A DNA stretch of 64,000 bases from Nitrospirota bacterium (GTDB lineage: Bacteria; Nitrospirota; JACRHL01). The translations under genes were made by a program, and so were the position numbers. Location: the NCBI GenBank assembly GCA_029858285.1, contig JAOUFN010000012.1, forward strand, positions 3,470 through 67,469. Reading direction: 5' to 3'. This document shows positions 1 to 8,701 of this stretch, piece after piece (position 1 is the stretch's first letter; each line of letters starts with the position of its first letter). The notes below the pieces were generated by a model that was not told the DNA's origin, made no database searches, and saw only the letters and a program-made list of their open reading frames with translations.

Positions 1-942
1 CTGGTGGCCGGCCACGGCGTGAATCTGGGCAGCGCCGGGGGGGTGGCGGGCACCCTGTTCGGCGCCGAGGCCGGGCGCTGGGTGGGCACCGGCAACCAGT
101 GGTACCACCGTCTGGCCCCCTTGCTGGAAAGCCCGGACACGGGCGCGGAATCCCCCCCGCCGCCGGTGCGCGCCCGCGGGCAGGACATCCGCTTTCCGGA
201 CCGCCATCCGCTGCCGGACTTCCTTCTCCGCAAGGCCCGCGTGCAGGTCATGCTGGAGCATGGCGAGATGAACGGCACGCTGCAGGACGTCACCAGCGAT
301 CCCCGGCTTTGGGGGCGGCCCACGACCTTCAGCCTGGCGGGCGACCAGCTCAAGAACATGCGCCGCGTGGCGCTGACCGGCAAGTTCGATCACGTCGCCC
401 CCGCCGCCACCCGCGACGAGATCACCTTTACCGTGGATGGCTACCGCCAGGACAACCTGCCGCTGTTGCGGGGAAGGGCTCTGCCGCTGGTCATGGAATC
501 CGGCAAGGTCAATCTGGCGGTGCGCACGGCGGTGCTCGGGGGAAAGGGGCTGACGCCGAATATCGACGGCACCATCAACGCCGCGCTATCCGACATGCGC
601 CTGAAGGTGGCGCGGGAGGGCATTGATCCGGCGGTGACCACGGCCCTGACGGGGGTTACCTCCACGGCGGTGAAGGTTGGTTTGTCGGGGCCGTTGGAAT
701 TTCCCAAAATGCGTGTAGACACCGATCTGGACAACGTCCTGAAAAGCGTCGCCCGCCACGCCGCAGAAGCCAAGCTGGCGGAGCTGGAGGGCCGGGTACG
801 CGCCGAAATCGCCCGCCGCGTGGAACAGCAATTGGCCGACGTCGAGGCGCGTCTGCAAGGACATCAGAAGGAGCTGGTGGACCAGCTCACCAGCCGGATT
901 CAGGGATTTGACCAACTTCAGGCCGGCCTGAAAGGTTTGTAA
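1..942 (+). CDS. TIGR03545-like (AsmA-related) protein, C-terminal part, 5' truncated by the window edge
   Basis: Frame open from the window start. RxxGxDIxFP/PDFLLR segment, beta-rich middle, coiled-coil C-terminus. Confidence 0.6.
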   Translation: MVAGHGVNLGSAGGVAGTLFGAEAGRWVGTGNQWYHRLAPLLESPDTGAESPPPPVRARGQDIRFPDRHPLPDFLLRKARVQVMLEHGEMNGTLQDVTSDPRLWGRPTTFSLAGDQLKNMRRVALTGKFDHVAPAATRDEITFTVDGYRQDNLPLLRGRALPLVMESGKVNLAVRTAVLGGKGLTPNIDGTINAALSDMRLKVAREGIDPAVTTALTGVTSTAVKVGLSGPLEFPKMRVDTDLDNVLKSVARHAAEAKLAELEGRVRAEIARRVEQQLADVEARLQGHQKELVDQLTSRIQGFDQLQAGLKGL

Positions 943-1062
943 TCCACCGGGATTCGACCAAGGCGACCGGCCCGGCATCCACGGCCGCGCATGGACTTCC
1001 CACACCCTTTTTGAGAAAATCGCCCCCCTCCCCGGATCAATCTTCTCGCAAGGAACGGCGTC

Positions 1063-1731
1063 ATGGCACCAGAGCGTGGGTCTTTAGGCAGACGGGTGGC
1101 ACTGGCTGCGCTGGAGGGCATCGCCAGCCTGATTCCCTCCAAGCTCGCACGGATCAGGACAAACCAGAAAACCAACCGCGCACTGGTCCGGCAATTTGGC
1201 GACCTGCGATCCGGTGAAGAGTGGAAGTCGGCGTCGGTCAGCGGGCTGGCCAATGAATCGACACAGGTTTCCGGCATCGTGGTGCGCACCATCCGGGCAA
1301 TCGGCCAGCCCCTGGAGTCCATGCTGCTGGCCGGAGAGGCCGCCTCCGCCAAGTCCGTCTACGGGTCCATCGCGGGTATGGCACCGGAACAAATCATCAC
1401 CGCCGGACTGCACCGGGATGCCGACCATCAGTGGAACTTCGAGCACGCCCCGCCGGAGATGGGCCGTTTCCAGTGCGTGGTGTCCTATGCCATTCTGGAA
1501 CACCTGATCGATCCCTACCGGCATGTTCGGGACCTCGCAAACCTTCTGGAATCCGGCGGACATCTGGTCATTTTTACGGTCTCACCCGGCTTTCCGTACC
1601 ACCGTCACCCCATCGACTGCCTGAGGTTTTATCCGGACTGGTTCGAAACCGTCGCCGACCGTAGCGGCCTGAAAATCGCCGACCGCTTTTATGGTTCCGA
1701 GCGGGTCGTGTACCGCTTCTGCAAGCCGTAG
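1063..1731 (+). CDS. Class I SAM-dependent methyltransferase-domain protein
   Basis: FQCVVSYAILEHLIDP...L...GGHL and PGFPYHRHPIDCLRF motifs. AAGGA RBS upstream. Confidence 0.7.
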   Translation: MAPERGSLGRRVALAALEGIASLIPSKLARIRTNQKTNRALVRQFGDLRSGEEWKSASVSGLANESTQVSGIVVRTIRAIGQPLESMLLAGEAASAKSVYGSIAGMAPEQIITAGLHRDADHQWNFEHAPPEMGRFQCVVSYAILEHLIDPYRHVRDLANLLESGGHLVIFTVSPGFPYHRHPIDCLRFYPDWFETVADRSGLKIADRFYGSERVVYRFCKP

Positions 1732-1829
1732 CCGGAATCTCGTCCGGAATCTCGTCCGGGGTGACCCAGCGCCGATCCGCGGCGGTGGGCCGGTTGTGCC
1801 CGGACCGCCTCCCGCCGCACAATCCCCCC

Positions 1830-3008
1830 ATGAGCAGCATGAACAGCGCACCCACACTGCGGGAGATGCTCCACGGGCTGATCGCCGCCCCCTCGGTGAG
1901 TTCCGTGCATCCCCAATTCGATCAGGGCAACCGGCAAGTGGCGGAGTTGTTCGCGGGCTGGCTGGAGGGGGCCGGGTTCCGCACCCGCCTGATCCCCATC
2001 CCCGGCATGCCCGCAAAGTTCAACGTGGTGGGGGTTCTGGGGGGCGCGCGGGGCGCGGGGCGGGACGGACTGGTGCTGGCGGGACACACGGACACCGTGC
2101 CGTTTGACGCGAACGGCTGGTCCAGCGACCCGTTTTGCCTCAGCGAGCGGGACGGCCGCCTTTACGGCCTGGGCACCTCGGACATGAAGTCGTTCCTGGC
2201 CCTGGCGCTGGAGGCGGCGCGGGAATTTGACGGCAACAGGCTGACCCGCCCCCTGACCATCGTCGGCACCGCCGATGAGGAAAGCTCCATGTGCGGGGCG
2301 CGGGCGCTGGATGCGGAGATGCTGGCCCATCCGCGCCACGGGGTGATCGGCGAGCCCACCGCCCTGCGCCCGGTGCACATGCACAAGGGCATCATGATGG
2401 AGGCGGTGCGCCTGACGGGCCGGGGCGGCCACTCCAGCGATCCGGCTCTGGGGGCCAGCGCCCTGGACGCCATGACCCGGGTATTGGGGGAACTCACCGC
2501 GTGGCGCGCCGAACTGGGGGAAACATTCCGCGACGCGCGCTTTCCGGTGCCGGTGCCGACCCTCAATCTGGGGCACATCCACGGCGGCGACAACCCCAAC
2601 CGCATCTGCGCCCATTGCGAGCTGCATCTGGACCTGCGCCCCCTGCCCGGCATGGATGCGGCGGAACTGCGCGGGGAACTGGCCCGGCGCGTGGCGCGGG
2701 CGGTGGCCGACACCGGGGTGACGGCGCGGGTGGAGTCGCTGTTTTCCGGCATCGACCCGCTGCACACCCCGGCCACCGCGCCGGTGGTGAAGGCGGCGGA
2801 GGCGCTGACCGGGCGGACGGCGGAGGCGGTCACCTTCGGCACCGAGGGGCCGTTTCTGGCGGCCCTGGGGGTCGAGACGGTGATTCTGGGGCCGGGCAAC
2901 CTGTCGGAGGCGCACCGCCCGGACGAGTTTCTGGAAACCGCCCGCATCCCCCCCACCCTGTCTCTGCTCAAGGGGATGATCGGGCGGTTTTGCGCGGGGG
3001 AAGGTTAA
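1830..3008 (+). CDS. argE: Acetylornithine deacetylase (M20 family)
   Basis: GHTDTVP, GLGTSDMK, ADEE, IGEPT, HKG, GGDNPNRIC, FGTEGPF and AHRPDEF motifs. Adjacent to argA. Start 1830 or 1839. Confidence 0.92.
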   Translation: MSSMNSAPTLREMLHGLIAAPSVSSVHPQFDQGNRQVAELFAGWLEGAGFRTRLIPIPGMPAKFNVVGVLGGARGAGRDGLVLAGHTDTVPFDANGWSSDPFCLSERDGRLYGLGTSDMKSFLALALEAAREFDGNRLTRPLTIVGTADEESSMCGARALDAEMLAHPRHGVIGEPTALRPVHMHKGIMMEAVRLTGRGGHSSDPALGASALDAMTRVLGELTAWRAELGETFRDARFPVPVPTLNLGHIHGGDNPNRICAHCELHLDLRPLPGMDAAELRGELARRVARAVADTGVTARVESLFSGIDPLHTPATAPVVKAAEALTGRTAEAVTFGTEGPFLAALGVETVILGPGNLSEAHRPDEFLETARIPPTLSLLKGMIGRFCAGEG

Positions 3009-3179
3009 GCGGACCGGGGGGAGAGAAAACCCCGCTGCGGCAACAAACCGTCCTATGATTTCAGGGCCACCATCACCCGGGAAGCGCGTTTTTGCAGCGT
3101 TTGGGCAGGTGTCACCACACCCCGACCAAGGTCATTAGTAAAACTTTTCCAACGTCGCCATGCCCCCCCTTAAACCGGG

Positions 3180-3208
3180 TTGCAGCCCCCAGTCTAATTA
3201 GCTAGACT
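3180..3208 (+). promoter_or_regulatory. Predicted sigma70 promoter (TTGCAG-17 nt-TAGACT) overlapped by the palindrome AGTCTA-attagc-TAGACT (candidate operator)
   Basis: -35 at 3180-3185, -10 at 3203-3208, inverted repeat at 3191-3208, in an AT-rich patch upstream of HTH-argA. Confidence 0.55.
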
Positions 3209-3273
3209 ATAGATTAGTGCGTGGATTCGGCCATAATGGGGCCGAGCCATTAGTCATCCGGAACTTTTCCGCC

Positions 3274-4884
3274 ATGCCCACCACCCCGCCCGCCGACGCC
3301 ACCGCACTGCCGGAGCTGTTCCGCGCCTGGCAGGAGCGGCGCGCCCGGGAAACCGGCTCCCGCCCATCCCAGGAGGATCTGGCCCGCGCCGTGGGCGCCA
3401 CCCAGGGCGCCATTAGCCAGTTTTTGCATGGGCGCACCCGTATTGGCGCCGAAATGGCCCTGCGCCTGGCCGCCGTGCTGGAGGTGCACCCCTCCCTGCT
3501 GCGCCCCGACCTGCCGTTTCCGACTCCGGGGGCGGCGCTGGCGCCCGTGGCCGAAGGCGGCGTGGCCGAATCCGGCTTTGTGGGGTTCTTCCGCTCCGCA
3601 TCGCCCTATATCAATGCCCACCGCAACAGCGTGTTTGTGGTGCACCTCCCCGGCGAGGCGGTGCAGTCGCCTCTGTTCCCGGCGCTGATTCACGACCTGG
3701 CCCTGCTGGCTTCCCTCGGGGTACGGCTGGTGGTGGTGCACGGGGTGCGCCCGCAACTTTCGGAGCGCCTTTCCGCTGCCGGCCTGTCGCCGCGCATTCC
3801 CGGAAGGCTGCGCCCCACCCCCGCCGAGGCGGTGCCGCTGCTGGCCGAGGTCACCGGGCTGGTGCGCACCCAGATCGAGGCCATGTTCTCCACCGGCCTG
3901 CCCAATTCCCCCATGGCCGGGGCGCGGGTGCGCATCAGTTCCGGCAATTTTGTCACCGCGCGGCCGCTGGGCATCCACGAGGGGGTGGATTATGGCCACA
4001 CCGGCACCGTGCGCCGGGTGGACACCGAGGCGGTGCGCGCGCGGCTGGCGGATCATTCCCTGGTGCTGATCTCGCCCCTGGGCTTTTCCGCCACCGGCGA
4101 AGTGTTCAACCTGTCGGCGCTGGAGGTGGCCGCCCATGTGGCGGGCGCCCTGTCCGCCGACAAACTGCTGGTGCTGACCGAGCAGGCGCCGCTGCGGGAC
4201 GCCGCAGGCAACCCCAAACGGGAAATCGCCCTGACGGAGGCCGAGGCCCTTCTGGTCGCCGGGCATCTGGACGACGCCACTGCCGAGGCGCTGCAATTTG
4301 CCGTGCTGTCCCTGCAACAGGGGGTGCGCCGCTGTCACCTGCTGGGCCGCACCACCGACGGCGCCCTGATGCAGGAACTGTTCACCCGCGACGGCTGCGG
4401 CACGCTGGTGACCGTGAACCGGTTCGAGGAGATGCGCACCGCCGGCATCGACGACGTGGGGGGGGTCCTGGAACTGATCGCGCCGCTGGAGAACGCGGGC
4501 ATTCTGGTGCGCCGCTCCCGGGAACGGCTGGAGATGGAAATCGGCGATTTTCTGGTGATGGAGCGGGACGGCACCGTGGTCGGTTGCGCCGCGCTGCACC
4601 CCTTTCCCGACGAACGCATGGGGGAGCTGGCGTGTCTGGCCATCCACCCCGACTACCGCCGCTCCGGGCGCGCCGCCGAACTGCTCCTGCGGGTGGAGCG
4701 GGAGGCTCGGGAGCGCGGTCTGGAGCGGCTGTTCGTGCTCACCACCCAGACCGCGCACTGGTTCATCGAACACGGATTTTCCGCCTGCGCGCCGGAAATC
4801 CTGCCCGTGGCGCGCCTGTCCCTGTATAACTATCGGCGCGGGTCACGGGTGTATCAGAAGTGGCTGGGGAGGGAACTTCCGTGA
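3274..4884 (+). CDS. argA: N-acetylglutamate synthase (AAK+GNAT) with an N-terminal XRE/Cro-C1 helix-turn-helix domain
   Basis: HTH SQEDLARAVGATQGAISQFLHGR, then classical ArgA: FRSASPYINAHR, VHGVRPQ, GVDYGHTG, TGEVFNL, ELFTRDGCGT, GELACLAIHPDYRRSG, FVLTTQTAHWF. Confidence 0.92.
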   Translation: MPTTPPADATALPELFRAWQERRARETGSRPSQEDLARAVGATQGAISQFLHGRTRIGAEMALRLAAVLEVHPSLLRPDLPFPTPGAALAPVAEGGVAESGFVGFFRSASPYINAHRNSVFVVHLPGEAVQSPLFPALIHDLALLASLGVRLVVVHGVRPQLSERLSAAGLSPRIPGRLRPTPAEAVPLLAEVTGLVRTQIEAMFSTGLPNSPMAGARVRISSGNFVTARPLGIHEGVDYGHTGTVRRVDTEAVRARLADHSLVLISPLGFSATGEVFNLSALEVAAHVAGALSADKLLVLTEQAPLRDAAGNPKREIALTEAEALLVAGHLDDATAEALQFAVLSLQQGVRRCHLLGRTTDGALMQELFTRDGCGTLVTVNRFEEMRTAGIDDVGGVLELIAPLENAGILVRRSRERLEMEIGDFLVMERDGTVVGCAALHPFPDERMGELACLAIHPDYRRSGRAAELLLRVEREARERGLERLFVLTTQTAHWFIEHGFSACAPEILPVARLSLYNYRRGSRVYQKWLGRELP

Positions 4885-4948
4885 TGGCGTCCGTTGACCC
4901 ATCCAGAAGGCTTCCCGCTGCGTCGTTACCCCCATTGCGGATCCGCAT

Positions 4949-5788
4949 ATGACCACCCTGTCCACGCTGCTCCTGCTGTTCGTCGCCACCGGCTGCGGCG
5001 CGGGTTTTCTGGCCGGTCTGCTGGGGGTGGGCGGCGGGCTGGTGGTGGTGCCGGTGCTGTCCATGGGCCTGACGGCGGCGGGGCTGTCGCGGGACGTGGT
5101 GGTGCATCTGGCAGTGGGCACCTCGCTGGCCAGCATCGCCGTCACCTCGCTGTCGTCGATGCGGGCGCACCATCGCCACGGCGCGGTGCGCTGGGAGGTG
5201 GCGCGCACGCTGGCCCCGTCCGTAGCCCTGGGGGCGCTCACCGGCGCGGCCATCGCGCGCGGCCTGCCCACCGACGTGCTGCGCCTGTGCGTGGCCCTGT
5301 TCGCCCTCACCGTGGCGGCGCGTCTGGGGCTGGGACTGGGAGAAAAGCCGACCGCGCCGCAGTTGCCCCGGATACCGGAAACGGCGGGCATTCCGGGGGC
5401 CGCCGAGTCTCCGGTGCAGCCCGCCGCCGGGCTGCTGATCGGTGGCCTGTCGGCGCTGGTGGGCATCGGCGGCGGCACCCTGACCGTGCCCTATCTGCTG
5501 CGTCGGGGCCTTTCCATGCATCAGGCGGTGGCCACCTCCGCCGCCTGCGGGTTGCCCATCGCCCTGGCGGGCAGCGCCGGGTTCATTTTGTTCGGCTGGG
5601 GCGATCCCGCCCTGCCATCGGGCAGCTTCGGGTTTGTTTACGTTCCCGCGCTGGTCATCATTTCCACCGCCAGCATGCTGTTCGCCCCCCTCGGGGCGAA
5701 AGCCGCCCACGCCCTGCCCGCCCGCGCCCTGAAACGCTGGTTCGCGCTGGTGGTGGGGGTCATGGGCATCGCCATGCTGGCACATTGA
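4949..5788 (+). CDS. TauE/SafE (TSUP) family membrane permease
   Basis: AGLLGVGGGLVVVP, AVGTSLA, GIGGG...VPYL and AVATSAACG motifs. About 8 hydrophobic segments. Confidence 0.9.
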   Translation: MTTLSTLLLLFVATGCGAGFLAGLLGVGGGLVVVPVLSMGLTAAGLSRDVVVHLAVGTSLASIAVTSLSSMRAHHRHGAVRWEVARTLAPSVALGALTGAAIARGLPTDVLRLCVALFALTVAARLGLGLGEKPTAPQLPRIPETAGIPGAAESPVQPAAGLLIGGLSALVGIGGGTLTVPYLLRRGLSMHQAVATSAACGLPIALAGSAGFILFGWGDPALPSGSFGFVYVPALVIISTASMLFAPLGAKAAHALPARALKRWFALVVGVMGIAMLAH

Positions 5789-5844
5789 GGGCCCGACCCG
5801 CACCCGACCGGTGCCTACCGTATCGGGTTGACGGCCTGCGTAGA

Positions 5845-6744
5845 ATGGTCACTTGGCATCCCCCCGGTGCAAGGAGGTTCCGTGCTCCACCCGACCCGCT
5901 TGTCCCGACCTGCCCGTCTGCCGCCCTGCTGGGTGCCGCCCTGCTGGGTGCCGCCCTGCTGCTGCCCGCCACCGGAAACGCCGCCGACACACCCCGGCTG
6001 CGGCTGGCCACCACCACCAGCGTGTCCCAGTCCGGCTTGCTGGACACCCTGATGCCGGTGTTCCACCAGCGCTGCGGCTGCCGCACCGACGTGATCGCCG
6101 TGGGTACCGGACAGGCCCTGGAGACCGCCCGCCGGGGCGATGTGGATGCGGTTCTGGTGCACGCCCGCGCCGAGGAGGAGCAGTTCGTCGCCGACGGTTA
6201 CGGCGAAAAGCGGGTGACATTCATGCAAAACGGCTTTGTGCTGATCGGCCCGGCCAGCGACCCCGCCGACACGCGGCACGCCGGGGGCGTTGTGGCGGCC
6301 CTGCGGCGCATCGCCACCGGGGGGGCGCCGTTTTTGTCGCGGGGGGACGGCTCGGGCACCCACATCCGGGAAAAATTTCTGTGGGGCAAGGCCGGGGTGA
6401 CCCCCATCGGCGACTGGTATCGGGACGTGGGGCAGGGCATGGCCGGCACCCTGACCATGGCGGATCAGCTTTCGGCCTATACCCTCACGGACCGCGCCAC
6501 CTTTCTGCAGAACCGCAAGCGACTGAAGCTGGAGATTCTGGTGGACGGAAGCGGCGCGGACGGCGGGTTGCTGGAGAACCCGTATTCGGTGATTGCGGTG
6601 AACCCGGCGCGCCACCCCCATGTGAACAACATCCTGGCCCACGCCCTGGTAACGTGGCTGTCGGGCCCCGAGGCTCGGGGGATGATCGAGGCCTTTGCCG
6701 TGGACGGCGAGCACCCGTTCACTCCGCTGACCCCCGCCCCCTGA
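5845..6744 (+). CDS. tupA: TupA-like tungstate-binding periplasmic protein (start uncertain, possible frameshift in the signal peptide)
   Basis: LATTTS...SGLL, VGTGQAL...GDVD...VHA, SRGDGSGTH, YTLTDRAT and NPYSVIAVNP motifs. Confidence 0.8.
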   Translation: MVTWHPPGARRFRAPPDPLVPTCPSAALLGAALLGAALLLPATGNAADTPRLRLATTTSVSQSGLLDTLMPVFHQRCGCRTDVIAVGTGQALETARRGDVDAVLVHARAEEEQFVADGYGEKRVTFMQNGFVLIGPASDPADTRHAGGVVAALRRIATGGAPFLSRGDGSGTHIREKFLWGKAGVTPIGDWYRDVGQGMAGTLTMADQLSAYTLTDRATFLQNRKRLKLEILVDGSGADGGLLENPYSVIAVNPARHPHVNNILAHALVTWLSGPEARGMIEAFAVDGEHPFTPLTPAP

Positions 6745-6876
6745 CGCGACTGAAATCCCGGAGACCCGGGGCAGGCAGCGCCATCCGGGAGCGGATGCGC
6801 CCGGCGCAGCCGGCCTCGGGATGCAGCCGACCTTGGCGTGTGATGTCGGCGACTACCGCGGTTGGCCGCGTCCGCC

Positions 6877-7398
6877 CTAATGGGGGAGGCCGACGGTGTA
6901 GTGGAGTTCGGGCGGAACCACCGCCGCGGCGGGGCTTTCCACCACAAAACGCAGGGTGTGCTCTCCGGGACGGTCGAGGGCCAGGGGGGAGATGGCGGCG
7001 AGGGTGACCTCCAGTGTCTCACCGTAGGTGAGGAACACCCGCAGACGGTCCACCACTTCACCGTCCCGCTCCCAGCGACCGACAAACTCGCCGTGGCCGT
7101 TCATCCACACCGTGAGCACCGCCGTCAGCGGGCCGCCCATGGGCACGTGCAGGGCGTCTTCGGCGGCGCCCTCCCCCTCGGACAGGCGCAGGCGCGCCTC
7201 GCGTATCCGCAGGGGACCCGGCACATCGCTGCCGGTTACCGTCACCCGCGACAGGAACGGCAGGCCGCCAAAAGTGCCGCTGGCCGGGTGCCTTGCAGGG
7301 GCGGCACACCCCGCCACCCACACCAGTACAGTGACCAGTGCCAAAGTGAGGGGCCAATTGACGGGCCGTCCCGTGAATTTCCCGGATCGCGTGCGCAT
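6877..7398 (-). CDS. Hypothetical lipoprotein
   Basis: Basic N-region, hydrophobic stretch, VAGC lipobox, GGAG RBS. Last gene of a minus-strand cluster. Confidence 0.6.
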   Translation of the reverse strand: MRTRSGKFTGRPVNWPLTLALVTVLVWVAGCAAPARHPASGTFGGLPFLSRVTVTGSDVPGPLRIREARLRLSEGEGAAEDALHVPMGGPLTAVLTVWMNGHGEFVGRWERDGEVVDRLRVFLTYGETLEVTLAAISPLALDRPGEHTLRFVVESPAAAVVPPELHYTVGLPH

Positions 7399-7435
7399 GG
7401 CTGGTTCTCCTCCCCGGCGGAGCCGGATACACACT

Positions 7436-7825
7436 TTATTCCTGGCGCTGTTCGATCAATTCGATTTCGTACCCCTCCGGGGCGTCGATGAAGCAAAAGC
7501 GGCCGGAACGGCTGTCGTGGGGGCCATCGGTCACCGCCACCCCCATCTGTTCCAGACGCTGGATGGTGGCCCCCAGGTCGTCCACCTGAAACGCCAGGTG
7601 CACCAGGTCTTCGGGTACCCGCACCGGACCGCTGGCGGGAAAGGCGCACAGTTCGATTTCCTCGGGGGAGCCGGGCACCCCCAAAAACACCAGTTCCGAG
7701 CCGCGTGGCGAACTGTGGCGCGACAGCACCGACAGACCCAGCACCCGGGTATAAAAATCCACACTGGCCTGCATGTCGGCCACCCGCATGCGGGTGTGCA
7801 GCAACCGGGTAACCTGAATCGCCAC
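7436..7825 (-). CDS. gloA: Lactoylglutathione lyase / VOC family protein
   Basis: LLHTRMRV.D...S..FY...LG, EIEL, HLAFQVDD and FIDAPEGYEIELIE motifs. Confidence 0.8.
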   Translation of the reverse strand: MAIQVTRLLHTRMRVADMQASVDFYTRVLGLSVLSRHSSPRGSELVFLGVPGSPEEIELCAFPASGPVRVPEDLVHLAFQVDDLGATIQRLEQMGVAVTDGPHDSRSGRFCFIDAPEGYEIELIEQRQE

Positions 7826-7828
7826 GGC

Positions 7829-8701
7829 TCAGAATCCACTCATCACGGGCATGTCGCCAGAACCCGTCACACGGGCCGGATCGAAGGCTTCGGCGCTGGC
7901 CTCGAGGTATTCAAAAATCTGGATGCCGCCGTCACCGGTGGGGAACACCACCCGCACCGGGTGGCCGTTCAGGTCCCTGGCCTCCCACACCCAGTGCAGG
8001 GCGCGGACCCCCCCCGCGGTGGCGAAGCCGGTGAGCACCAGATCGCAGGGGTGGCCGTCGAAGCTCACGTCCGGATTGACCACCATGCGCCACAGCTTCT
8101 CTCCGGCGGGGGTGTTCAGATAGCCGCTGATCTGGGCCAGCACCCGCTCCCGCGCCACGATACGATAGGAAAACAGAATCGCATCGTCGGCCAGCGGGCG
8201 GTAAATGGTGGCCGTGGTGTAGTCGTAAAAGGCGTAATCGGCAAAGCGGCCATCGGTGCCCCCTGCCCATTCGACACGGGTCCGGGTGCCGTGCTTGTAG
8301 AGCACCTCCTCGCGGCTGGTCACAGGCTTGTCGTCGTGCAGTTCGGTAATGCGCACCCGCGCCCGCAGAAACTCCGGCCCCTGAGGCACGTCGGCGCCAT
8401 CCACCACCCGTTCCGCCGGCGCGTGGACGACCGGCCCGGACTCTTCCTCCCCGGTGGCGGCCGCCACCAGAATCGCCTCCGGCGACGAGGCGGACGGGGC
8501 AGACGGGGCCAAGGCCGGATCCGGGGACCGGGCCGGAGACGCTGTCGGCGGCAGGGCGGGTTCCGCAGCGCGGGCGGGGGACATCGACAACACCAGCACG
8601 GTGCAGGCGGAGAGCACTGCCGCCACTACAGGCCGCAGGGACACGTGCCGCACAGTCGGGTGCCGGGCGCGCAAATATCGGATCACCTCAAGGGGCTGCA
8701 A
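7829..8701 (-). CDS. Hypothetical exported protein
   Basis: Signal-peptide-like stretch ending ARAA, Pro/Ala linker, beta-rich domain. Tightly coupled to both neighbours. Start uncertain. Confidence 0.6.
   Translation of the reverse strand: MQPLEVIRYLRARHPTVRHVSLRPVVAAVLSACTVLVLSMSPARAAEPALPPTASPARSPDPALAPSAPSASSPEAILVAAATGEEESGPVVHAPAERVVDGADVPQGPEFLRARVRITELHDDKPVTSREEVLYKHGTRTRVEWAGGTDGRFADYAFYDYTTATIYRPLADDAILFSYRIVARERVLAQISGYLNTPAGEKLWRMVVNPDVSFDGHPCDLVLTGFATAGGVRALHWVWEARDLNGHPVRVVFPTGDGGIQIFEYLEASAEAFDPARVTGSGDMPVMSGF

Noticed and set aside
3160..3201. 13-codon uORF (MPPLKPGCSPQSN) as an arginine attenuator peptide
   Set aside because: It has no Arg codons and no RBS, and starts upstream of the predicted promoter.
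3274..3520. Prophage repressor gene or prophage remnant
   Set aside because: There are no phage genes, integrase or att sites nearby, and the HTH is continuous with ArgA in host-like codons.
4894..5844. Apparent 616-aa fusion ORF ending in TupA
   Set aside because: Its N-terminal half is an alternative frame over the TauE gene. Only the part from about 5845 is protein-like.
5828..5846. TTGACG...TAGAAT promoter for tupA
   Set aside because: The hexamers are only 7 bp apart, incompatible with sigma70 spacing.
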